NCBI GenBank assembly: GCA_039630345.1 | Contig: JBCNVD010000033.1 | Span: forward strand, 1-26,294 | Direction of reading: 5' to 3' | From: Aquificaceae bacterium | Lineage (GTDB): Bacteria > Aquificota > Aquificia > Aquificales > Aquificaceae | DNA length: 26,294 nt | Shown: piece by piece, positions 1-8,176 of the stretch | Layout of the letters: every line of letters begins with the position of its first letter | Position numbering within the stretch: position 1 is the stretch's first letter | Notes under the pieces: model-generated | The model's input: only the letters and a program-made list of their open reading frames with translations | Told to the model about the DNA's origin: nothing | Databases searched by the model: none | Position numbers and translations under genes: made by a program

Positions 1-709
1 CCCAGGGCTCTCAAGTATAAGAAGAGCTCTTGAAGAGGGTAAAATCTCAGGCTTTCAACTTCAGGAATCTGGCTCCAGCGTTCTTGTCAAGCTATCTCCT
101 GGGCAGGACCCAGAGTCAGTAAGATCCGTTCTTTCAAAGCTTGGTAGGTTCGAGGTTTTGCGCTTTGAATCAATTGGTCCGGTGGTTACCTCTGAGCTTC
201 GCAAAAAAGCAGCATTTGCAATCTTTTTTGCATTGCTTGGTATATTGCTATACCTTGCATATCGTTATCAACCTCTTTGGGCACTCAGTGCTATAGTGGC
301 ATTACTTCACGATGTTATAATAGTTTTAGGAGCTTATTCTATCTCTTTTAGGGAGATAAATTTAGATGTTATAGCGGCTCTATTGATAGTCGCTGGTTAT
401 TCAGTAACAGACACTGTCGTTATATTTGACAGAATTCGCGAAAACCTCCGCATAAGAAAGGCAACATCGTTGCAAGCTTTGGTAGATTTATCCGTTAATC
501 AGACGCTTTCAAGAACTATTATGACCTCGGTTACCACATTTGTGGTCTCTTTAAGTCTTTTCATATTCGGCGGTCCAGCACTTTCAAATATTATGTTTGC
601 TTTTGTAGTCGGTGTTATTGTAGGCACTTTTTCCTCGGTTTTTGTTGCGGGAGCTTTGCTCTCAGACATTCGCTCGATGTTTCAAAAAAGCACTCTCGCA
701 GAGGTATAA
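1..709 (+). CDS. secF: Protein translocase subunit SecF (5'-truncated by window)
   Basis: The frame is open from base 2, so the TTG at 158 is internal. SecF motifs: 'ESIGPVVTSEL', 'ALLHDVII', 'GYSVTDTVVIFDRIREN', 'SVNQTLSRTIMTS', 'GTFSSVFVA'. Confidence 0.96.
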   Translation, partial: PGLSSIRRALEEGKISGFQLQESGSSVLVKLSPGQDPESVRSVLSKLGRFEVLRFESIGPVVTSELRKKAAFAIFFALLGILLYLAYRYQPLWALSAIVALLHDVIIVLGAYSISFREINLDVIAALLIVAGYSVTDTVVIFDRIRENLRIRKATSLQALVDLSVNQTLSRTIMTSVTTFVVSLSLFIFGGPALSNIMFAFVVGVIVGTFSSVFVAGALLSDIRSMFQKSTLAEV

Positions 710-718
710 TTTCACTTA

Positions 719-1258
719 ATGAGGCTTTATTTTCTAATTGCCCTCGTGTTTGTCCTGCCTGTGATGGTGGTTGCTTCTTTTTTAACATACAGGCATATTC
801 GGGAAAATAACCTGCAGAGAGCTTCTTACCTTGAGTTTCGTATATCTCAGGCAGTTAGGAAAGAAAATAAAGACAAAGCTCTGGAGGAAATATCCACTTT
901 AAAACTTCAGCAGAAAACCTTCAGAGCTCTTATAAACTCCTACAGACTTTTGCTAAATAAGTCCGAAGACCCCTCTGTTGTTCTTAATGACTTATATGAT
1001 GGCGAGCTTCGCTCTATTTATCTGGAGAGAAGAGCTTTTTACCTGCTTTCTCAAAATAAACCTAAAGAAGCACTTGATATTTTAAATACTATAAGGCGCG
1101 ATAGCTTTAACTATCAAAGCTCTCTACTCCTCAAAGCCCAGGCTTTTATTCTCCTTGGTGACAAACAAAGTGCCAGACAAACTCTTGAAGAAGTGTTAAA
1201 AATTGAGCCAGATAGCTATCTTGCAAATGTTGCAAAGCTCATGATAGAGGGGCTTTGA
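719..1258 (+). CDS. Membrane-anchored TPR protein, YfgM-like (possible ancillary Sec translocon subunit)
   Basis: Single N-terminal hydrophobic helix followed by a helical region with TPR-like C-terminal repeats ('LLKAQAFILLGDKQSARQTLEEVL'). Lies directly after secF. The family call is an inference. Confidence 0.6.
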   Translation: MRLYFLIALVFVLPVMVVASFLTYRHIRENNLQRASYLEFRISQAVRKENKDKALEEISTLKLQQKTFRALINSYRLLLNKSEDPSVVLNDLYDGELRSIYLERRAFYLLSQNKPKEALDILNTIRRDSFNYQSSLLLKAQAFILLGDKQSARQTLEEVLKIEPDSYLANVAKLMIEGL

Positions 1259-3198
1259 TGAGTGAGCTTTTGATAGAGCTCGGGATGGAAGAGCTCCCCG
1301 CCTGGGCTGCTGATGTAGTTGCAAATCATCTAAAGCGCTCTATCAAAGACCTTATTAATCAAGAGTGCGAAGTTTTCTATACCCCAAGGCGCATAGTTAT
1401 TTACTTTCAGGAATTTGATAATGCCCCAAAGAGAGTAGAAAAAACAATCCTAGGACCTCCTATGTGCAATGCCTTTAATGACCTTGGTCCCACAAAAGCT
1501 CTTCTTTCTTTCTTAGAGCGCGCTGGCGCGCGTCTTGAGGATGTAAAACCCTTTGAAAAAGGGGGCGGAGTTTACGCCTCTGTTACACAGGTATCTTATG
1601 AAGAACCCCCTATGGAAAAACTCTCAAAGTCGCTTGAGAGTTTGCTACTTAAAGCTCCAGTAGAGCGTTCTATGGTCTGGAATGAGTCTGGATTTAGGTT
1701 CATAAGACCCATCAGATGGGTTTTGGCCCTATCTTCTGACAAAGAGCTTCAGTTAGAGCTAGCGGGGCTTAAATCCGGGCTAAAAACTTACCCTCATCGC
1801 CTGTATTTTGAGCCTGTGGAAGTAAGGAGTGCCAAGGAGTATTTTAAGCTGCTGGAGTCTTTTGGAATTATTCTGGATCAATCAAAGCGTCTTAATTATA
1901 TAAGAGAAGAACTCTTTGCTCTTGCCGGTTCTGTTGGAGGAGAGCCCTATTTTCCTGAAGGTCTTGACATTGAAGTTGCAAATCTGGTTGAAAGTCCCTA
2001 TCTGAGTCTTTTACCAATTGATAGAGAGTTTTTAGAGCTCCCCGAAAGGGTTATTATGACTGTTCTTGCCCATCATCAGCGGTTTTTCTGTGTAAAAAAT
2101 TCTGATGGATTATTGCCTTACTTTATTGCAGTCAGTAACAGTCCCGTTTCTTCAAAGGTTCAGGAAGGTTATATAAAAGTAGTCAGGGCAAGGTTAAAAG
2201 ATGCTCTGTTTTTCTATAGAGAGGATTTGAAGCTATCGCTACAGGATTTATTGCCGCTTTTGGACCAGATTTTACTGCATCCAAAGGCTGGCACGATGCT
2301 TGATAAGGTTAAAAGACTCGAAAAAATGTCAAATATCTTCAAAAACGAGCTTTCTGAAATAGAGCAACAGGAATTACTTCTTGCCATAAGCTTATGTAAA
2401 GTTGACCTCCTTACCAGTATGGTAAAGGAGTTTGAAGAGCTCCAGGGTTATATGGGCCACATTTATGCTCTAAAGAGCGGTATAAACCCCAATGTCGCCC
2501 TTGCCATAGAGGAGCATTACAAACCTATATCTACTCAGGATTCTCTTCCTTCCTTGCGCGTAAGCGCGGCTTTGTCTATAGTTGATAAATTTGATACTCT
2601 GGTTGAGTTATTTAAAGCTGGAGAGCGCCCCGGAGCGAGCTCTGACCCTTATGGGATGAAAAGGCTTGCATATGGAATTTATGCAGTCTTGGATGGATTT
2701 GGTCTTGATATTAACCTAAGGGAGCTTGGAGAGATTCCCGAAGGGTTTGAAGAGTTTATGCGCCAAAGACTCGAAGCTTATTTAGAGCGCCTGGGTGTAG
2801 ATGTTGCCCGTTTTAGCATCGAGGGGGTTGATGCACTCTATCCTTCAAGGGCTTTCAAACGCGCCAGAGAGCTCCTCTATTTAAAAGACTCTGATGAGCT
2901 GTATAAGCTCATAGAGCTATATAGAAGAATCAGCAAAATCATCCCTCAGGGCTTTAGAGCCAAGGTTTTAGACCCTTCCCTTTTTGAAAAAGAGATAGAG
3001 AGGGAATTGTGCGAATTTTTAAATGGTTTTGCCCCTGCCAAAGCTTCAGAGCTGACTTATCTTGAGCCTTTGCTTTCGCGATTTTTTGACGAGGTTTTGG
3101 TAAATGACCCAAGAGAGGAGGTCAGGACCAACCGGCTATCTTTGCTGACTTTGATTAGGGGGCTTTTTGACCACTTTGGTGATTTTTCAAAACTGTGA
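1258..3198 (+). CDS. glyS: Glycine--tRNA ligase beta subunit
   Basis: Motifs 'LLIELGMEELP', 'YTPRRI', 'FIRPIRW', 'HHQRFF', 'EFEELQGYMG', 'AIEEHYKP', 'SSDPYGMKR', 'FFDEVLVND...NRLSLL'. The ATG at 1258 overlaps the previous stop (TGATG). Confidence 0.96.
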   Translation: MSELLIELGMEELPAWAADVVANHLKRSIKDLINQECEVFYTPRRIVIYFQEFDNAPKRVEKTILGPPMCNAFNDLGPTKALLSFLERAGARLEDVKPFEKGGGVYASVTQVSYEEPPMEKLSKSLESLLLKAPVERSMVWNESGFRFIRPIRWVLALSSDKELQLELAGLKSGLKTYPHRLYFEPVEVRSAKEYFKLLESFGIILDQSKRLNYIREELFALAGSVGGEPYFPEGLDIEVANLVESPYLSLLPIDREFLELPERVIMTVLAHHQRFFCVKNSDGLLPYFIAVSNSPVSSKVQEGYIKVVRARLKDALFFYREDLKLSLQDLLPLLDQILLHPKAGTMLDKVKRLEKMSNIFKNELSEIEQQELLLAISLCKVDLLTSMVKEFEELQGYMGHIYALKSGINPNVALAIEEHYKPISTQDSLPSLRVSAALSIVDKFDTLVELFKAGERPGASSDPYGMKRLAYGIYAVLDGFGLDINLRELGEIPEGFEEFMRQRLEAYLERLGVDVARFSIEGVDALYPSRAFKRARELLYLKDSDELYKLIELYRRISKIIPQGFRAKVLDPSLFEKEIERELCEFLNGFAPAKASELTYLEPLLSRFFDEVLVNDPREEVRTNRLSLLTLIRGLFDHFGDFSKL

Positions 3199-3208
3199 GG
3201 AGGAAAAG

Positions 3209-5770
3209 ATGAGCGTGAGGTATCTGGTGTGGCTTGATGAGGTGTCTGTCAAAGACATACCGCTAGTTGGTGGTAAAAACGGCTCCCTTGGGGAGATGAT
3301 AAGGTCTCTCTCAAAGGCTGGGGTTAACATACCTTACGGTTTTGTTGTAACTTCTGAGGTCTATAGAGAGTTTTTAAAGTACAATCGCCTTGAGAGCGAG
3401 ATTGCAAAGATTCTAAATGACCTAAACCCTGCAGATGTTAAAGAGCTTGCAAGAAGAGGTCATCTCATAAGAGAGCTCATAAAAGGTGGAGAATTTCCGC
3501 CTCACATAGAAGAAGGGATAAGGTCTTATTATTCAGAGCTTTCAAGGCGCTATAACTCCTTTGCTGTGGATACTGCAGTGAGGTCTTCAGCAACTGCCGA
3601 GGATTTGCCGGATGCTTCTTTTGCAGGTCAGCAAGAGACATACCTGAATGTAGTAGGTGCAGAAAATGTCCTGACTGCCGTTAAAAACGGCTTTGCTTCT
3701 CTATTTACAGATAGGGCAATATCTTATCGCCACAGTAGAGGCTATGACCATTTCAAAATTGGCATAGCAATGGGCATTCAGAAAATGGTGCGCTCGGATT
3801 TAAGTGTGTCAGGCGTGATGTTTACGCTCGATACAGAGAGCGGTTTTAAAGATGTGGTTGTTATAAACGCAATCTACGGTCTTGGGGAGCTCCTGGTTCA
3901 GGGAATGGTAACTCCTGATGAGTATGTTGTTTTTAAGCCCACACTAAAACTTGGTTACTCTGCAATTATTGAGAAAAAACTTGGCAGAAAGGATAGAAAA
4001 ATCATCTACGGAACCGGTGCAGAGCGAACAAAATTGGTAAATGTTCCACAAACAGAACAACATCTTTTTACTTTAAATGACAACGATATCTTAAAGCTCG
4101 CCCAGTGGGCAATAATGATAGAAGAATACTATTCAAACCTTAACGGATGCTGGATGCCCATGGACATAGAATGGGCAAAGGACGGAAACGATGGAGAGTT
4201 ATATATAGTTCAGGCAAGACCCGAGACAGTGCATTCTAGAAAGAGCTCTCAGGAGCTCAAAATTTACAGGTTTTTGCAGGGCGAAGAGGAGCGCTCCAGG
4301 TTTAGAATCCTATCTGGTATAGCAGTCGGGGATAAGATCGCTCACGGAAGGGCGAGAATTGTTCATGATATAAAAGATGCTCTGGACTTTCAAGAAGGGG
4401 ATATTTTAATAACGGACATAACTGATCCTGACTGGGAACCTATTATGAAAAAAGCGTCCGGGATTATCACAAACAGAGGGGGCAGAACCGCGCACGCTGC
4501 GATAGTTGCCAGAGAGCTCGGGATTCCCGCAATCGTAGGCACTCATAGCGCTACAGAGACCATTCGTGAAAATCAGGAAATTACGATCTCATGCGCAGAG
4601 GGTGAAGTAGGCTATGTTTATGATGGGGCAGTGCCCTACAAAGTAGACACAGTTGATCTCAGTCAGATACCTCGCCCCAGGACTAAAATTATGATGAATG
4701 TAGGCAACCCTGAGTCTGCTTTTAAATACGCAACTATACCCAATGACGGAGTTGGTCTTGCAAGAGAAGAGTTCATAATAGCGAACTACATTCGCATACA
4801 TCCACTTTTATTGCTCTATTACGAGGATATTAAACTCCTTGAGAAGGAAATTAGGCGCTCTGGACTGTTAGACTCCAGGGGTTTTTGTCTAATGAGTCAT
4901 ATATACAGGTTTGCCTCGCCATCTTTGTCAAATAAACTTGCAAAGGGCAAGGACAAAATAAGCGTCAATTTATCACAAATCATTGAAGAAGCTGATGCTT
5001 TAACTGCTGGATACGATGACAAAACGAGCTATTTTGTCAAGAGACTATCCTACGGTATAGCCAAGATAGCCTCTGCATTTTTCCCAAATCCTGTAATAGT
5101 TAGGTTTTCGGACTTTAAGTCTAATGAGTATAGAGGTCTTCTAGGTGGTGAGCTATTTGAGCCCGAAGAGGAAAATCCGATGATAGGATGGAGAGGAGCC
5201 TCTAGGTATTACTCTGACGCCTATAGAGAGGCTTTTGGTCTTGAGTGTAAGGCTATTTTGCGAGTTAGAAACAAAATGGGCTTGACAAATACCAAGGTTA
5301 TGATACCATTTTGCAGAACGCCGGAGGAGGGTCTAAAAGTGCTGGAGGTGATGGAGGGGTTTGGTCTGAAAAGAGGTGAAAACGGATTAGAAGTCTATGT
5401 AATGGCAGAATTGCCAAGTAATGTAATCCTTGCGGATAAATTCGCCCAGATATTCGACGGCTTTTCCATAGGCTCTAATGACCTAACCCAGCTTGCACTG
5501 GGTCTTGATAGAGATTCAGCTCTTGTTGCTCATCTTTACGATGAGAGGAGCGAGGCTGTGAAGCGTCTTTTATCAGAGCTCATAAGAGCCGCACACGCAA
5601 ACGGTAAGAAGGTGGGGATATGTGGTCAGGGTCCATCTGATTTCCCTGAACTTGCGCATTTTCTTGTCCAGGAGGGTATTGACTCTATATCTCTAAACCC
5701 GGACTCGGTTCTAAAGACACTGCTTTATATAAGCGAAGCTGAGAAAAAAAAGGAGGAATCCAATGTTTAA
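3209..5770 (+). CDS. ppsA: Phosphoenolpyruvate synthase (pyruvate, water dikinase)
   Basis: Motifs 'VGGKNGSLGEM', 'AVRSSATAEDLPDASFAGQQET', 'DIEWA', 'QARPETV', phospho-His 'GGRTAHAAIVARELG', 'FSIGSNDLTQ', 'GICGQGPSD'. Start moved to the ATG at 3209, behind SD GAGGAGG (3197-3203). Confidence 0.97.
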   Translation: MSVRYLVWLDEVSVKDIPLVGGKNGSLGEMIRSLSKAGVNIPYGFVVTSEVYREFLKYNRLESEIAKILNDLNPADVKELARRGHLIRELIKGGEFPPHIEEGIRSYYSELSRRYNSFAVDTAVRSSATAEDLPDASFAGQQETYLNVVGAENVLTAVKNGFASLFTDRAISYRHSRGYDHFKIGIAMGIQKMVRSDLSVSGVMFTLDTESGFKDVVVINAIYGLGELLVQGMVTPDEYVVFKPTLKLGYSAIIEKKLGRKDRKIIYGTGAERTKLVNVPQTEQHLFTLNDNDILKLAQWAIMIEEYYSNLNGCWMPMDIEWAKDGNDGELYIVQARPETVHSRKSSQELKIYRFLQGEEERSRFRILSGIAVGDKIAHGRARIVHDIKDALDFQEGDILITDITDPDWEPIMKKASGIITNRGGRTAHAAIVARELGIPAIVGTHSATETIRENQEITISCAEGEVGYVYDGAVPYKVDTVDLSQIPRPRTKIMMNVGNPESAFKYATIPNDGVGLAREEFIIANYIRIHPLLLLYYEDIKLLEKEIRRSGLLDSRGFCLMSHIYRFASPSLSNKLAKGKDKISVNLSQIIEEADALTAGYDDKTSYFVKRLSYGIAKIASAFFPNPVIVRFSDFKSNEYRGLLGGELFEPEEENPMIGWRGASRYYSDAYREAFGLECKAILRVRNKMGLTNTKVMIPFCRTPEEGLKVLEVMEGFGLKRGENGLEVYVMAELPSNVILADKFAQIFDGFSIGSNDLTQLALGLDRDSALVAHLYDERSEAVKRLLSELIRAAHANGKKVGICGQGPSDFPELAHFLVQEGIDSISLNPDSVLKTLLYISEAEKKKEESNV

Positions 5771-6620
5771 AAGAACATCCAGCCCAAAGAGCGTGGTCGG
5801 TGTTCATATAACCGATAGCAGGGTTAGGATCGTTGAAATCGACAAAGATAAAAAGGTTTTAAAAGAGCCTGTAGAAAAAGAAATAACTCCGCAGACAAAG
5901 TCAGACATCTTAAGGGAGATTGTAATAGGTTCTGGGCTAAGTGGTAAAGATACAGTTGGATGCCTTGGTGTAAACGACGCGCTACTGAAGGTAAAACGCT
6001 ATCCACCAACGCTCTCCAAAAAAGACCTTCAGGATGCCATCCAGAATTGGGTAAAGATTGAGTTAAGTACAACAAAAGAAGAGATGCTGTATGATGTTTA
6101 TCTGGATAATGTTCCAAAATCTGATGGAAAATTACCTGCAATTTTGGTAATGACTAGAAAAACCACTGCGGATGAACTTCAAAATCTTTTGGTTTCAAGT
6201 GGTCTAAGGTTGCAAATTCTGGATTATGAAATAGTTAGCATAGTAAATTTTTGTCTTGAAGAGAAGGTTCCAGACCCATTTGCTGTCCTTTATGTAGATG
6301 AAACATACGCACTGCTAGTTGGCTATTCGGCTGGAAATATAACGCACTACTTCTTCCATTTTAATATGCAAGAGCACATCATAAACGATGACATAGAACT
6401 CCTGGAGAGCTTTTTTGCAGAAGTTAGAAACATAGCCACGCTTAATGACATAAGGAGCTTTTATTTGGCAGGACCAGTAATTGACTACGATAGCTTGCTT
6501 GATAGTTTTATGCAAAACCTTTCGATTCTTGGTATCCTTGAGCCGGAAGCTGTTCCTCAAGGGTTTCGTGGAAAGATGTTTATTCCATACTCTCTATGTC
6601 TAAGGGGGCTTGAAAAATGA
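5763..6620 (+). CDS. pilM: Type IV pilus assembly protein PilM (actin/FtsA-like, divergent)
   Basis: N-terminal 'VVGVHITDSRVRIVEI' resembles the PilM 'GIDIG' strand, and 'SGLRLQILDYE' and 'FYLAG' also fit. First gene of an M-N-O-P-Q arrangement. SD GGAGG at 5752-5756. Confidence 0.8.
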   Translation: MFKRTSSPKSVVGVHITDSRVRIVEIDKDKKVLKEPVEKEITPQTKSDILREIVIGSGLSGKDTVGCLGVNDALLKVKRYPPTLSKKDLQDAIQNWVKIELSTTKEEMLYDVYLDNVPKSDGKLPAILVMTRKTTADELQNLLVSSGLRLQILDYEIVSIVNFCLEEKVPDPFAVLYVDETYALLVGYSAGNITHYFFHFNMQEHIINDDIELLESFFAEVRNIATLNDIRSFYLAGPVIDYDSLLDSFMQNLSILGILEPEAVPQGFRGKMFIPYSLCLRGLEK

Positions 6621-7261
6621 TAAAAATTAACCTTTTAAAAAGTCAGAAAGCGTCAAAGGCTATAGCGTCTCAAACAGCTCCTGCGATCGAAATCAAATTC
6701 AAAGATACATTCCAGTATGCCCTAATTGGCGTATTTTTTGCTATCGTTGTTGGAGGTCTTCTATTTTACTATAACGACCTGCAATCTCAAAAGAAAAAAA
6801 TAGAGCAGCAAATTGCAGAGTTACAAACAAAAAAGCAAGCCTTGCAACAGCAGCAGCAAAAAGTTTTGCAAGAAAAACAGCTACTTGAGCAGCAAATTGC
6901 AGCTATCAAGGTAGAAATAGAAAGACTTGACACTGTTAGGGATGTGGTCCTTGGGATGAAGGATTACTATCCGCGCTTTTCGTCTGGTTTGGAGTTCTAC
7001 ACAAAAACATTGCCAAGTGATGCATGGATCAACGCCTATCGGCAAAGTATAAACTTAAATGATGCCTCTATGAGTGTTGAGTTTGAGCTAAATTCTTTAA
7101 GTTTTGAAACTCTTAGCAACTATGGAAAGAAAATAGAAGATGCAAGAAAGAGCGTGTTTATGGGGCAGATAGAGAGAAAAGTCAACCAGGCTGGTTTTGA
7201 ATACTTTACGACCAAAGTAAATTCGCAGAGTTTAGGGGGTTTAACAAATGACAAACATTAA
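6617..7261 (+). CDS. pilN: Type IV pilus assembly protein PilN
   Basis: N-terminal PilM-binding 'INLL' motif, one TM helix, a long coiled coil, and 'LPSDAWI' starting the ferredoxin-like domain. Confidence 0.85.
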   Translation: MIKINLLKSQKASKAIASQTAPAIEIKFKDTFQYALIGVFFAIVVGGLLFYYNDLQSQKKKIEQQIAELQTKKQALQQQQQKVLQEKQLLEQQIAAIKVEIERLDTVRDVVLGMKDYYPRFSSGLEFYTKTLPSDAWINAYRQSINLNDASMSVEFELNSLSFETLSNYGKKIEDARKSVFMGQIERKVNQAGFEYFTTKVNSQSLGGLTNDKH

Positions 7262-7961
7262 AGAGCAGTTCTCTGCACTTCCAAAGTGGCAGATTTATAC
7301 CCTCATAATTTTGATAGGGCTATTTATACCTGGTCTTATATGGCTCCAGCTGGTGAGCCCGCTTAAACAGGAAGTTGATCGTAAAAAATCAGAGCTAAAA
7401 AATCTAGAATCTGAAGTAATGAACCTACAAAGGTCTGTGGACAGAAAAAACATAGAAAAATTAAAATCCGACCTTCAACAGTTTGACTCTTTGCTCTCTC
7501 AAAAGAGGATAGAGCTAGAGAGCATCGTCGGGGAGTTACCCTCTTCAAACCAGCTTTCAAAGGTTATAAGAAACATAGGAGTTGTAGGGAAAAAGAGTGG
7601 CATTACCCTAAACATTCTTCAAATATCACAACCTCAAAAGGCATATTTCCAGGTTGAAAATACAGCTACTGGCGAGAAACTGGTCAAAGAAATCCCCCCT
7701 CCAGAACAGCAACAGCAACCTCAGGGTCAGCAAAAGGCCCAAAATCAACCCCAGGCTCCTCCTCCAAATGTAGTGACTCTTTTACGCTCTGAAGTCAGGA
7801 TGAATATCCAAGGTAGGTATGATAATGTTAATAGATTTTTAAAACTTATGAAGGATGAAGGGGTTGTCTCTTACCCTGCTTCCTTGACCCTCTCACCTGA
7901 TGGTGCTGATATAATAAGGGGTGAGATGGTTATATACCTAATATTTAAGGAGGGCGGGTGA
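7248..7961 (+). CDS. pilO: Type IV pilus assembly protein PilO
   Basis: TM helix, coiled coil, 'ELPSSNQLSKVIRNI...SGITL', and 'MNIQGRYDNVNRFL' (PilO GxY motif). Positioned after pilN. Confidence 0.85.
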   Translation: MTNIKEQFSALPKWQIYTLIILIGLFIPGLIWLQLVSPLKQEVDRKKSELKNLESEVMNLQRSVDRKNIEKLKSDLQQFDSLLSQKRIELESIVGELPSSNQLSKVIRNIGVVGKKSGITLNILQISQPQKAYFQVENTATGEKLVKEIPPPEQQQQPQGQQKAQNQPQAPPPNVVTLLRSEVRMNIQGRYDNVNRFLKLMKDEGVVSYPASLTLSPDGADIIRGEMVIYLIFKEGG

Positions 7962-8176
7962 TGAAGTTCTTGGTTATTTTATGCTTTGCATATTTCGTTT
8001 TTGCGCAGCAACCTTTTAAGAGCTTGGAGGGCCTTGTTGGCTATATAGTTCTAGAAAAAGATGGAAAAGTGGAAAACTATGCCGTGGTAGAGGGCAAAGA
8101 TGGTTCTGTTAAAACGCTTAAAGTAGATTCAAAGCCTATGCTCAAAAAAGCAGAGGAAGGAGGTCAGAGGCGATGA
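7961..8176 (+). CDS. Small exported protein in the PilP position (miniature PilP-like)
   Basis: SD AAGGAGG upstream, signal peptide ending 'VFA-QQ', and 'LVGYIV...YAVVEGKDGSVKTLKV' resembling the PilP/GspC-HR beta domain. Lies between pilO and pilQ with overlapping start/stop codons. Alternative start is GTG 7958. Confidence 0.6.
   Translation: MKFLVILCFAYFVFAQQPFKSLEGLVGYIVLEKDGKVENYAVVEGKDGSVKTLKVDSKPMLKKAEEGGQRR

Noticed and set aside
3167..3208. Longer ORF-track starts for ppsA (3167), accD (12615), scpA (13423) and the PilV-like gene (24052)
   Set aside because: These TTG starts overlap upstream genes. The downstream ATG/GTG starts have better SDs and/or match the expected N-termini.
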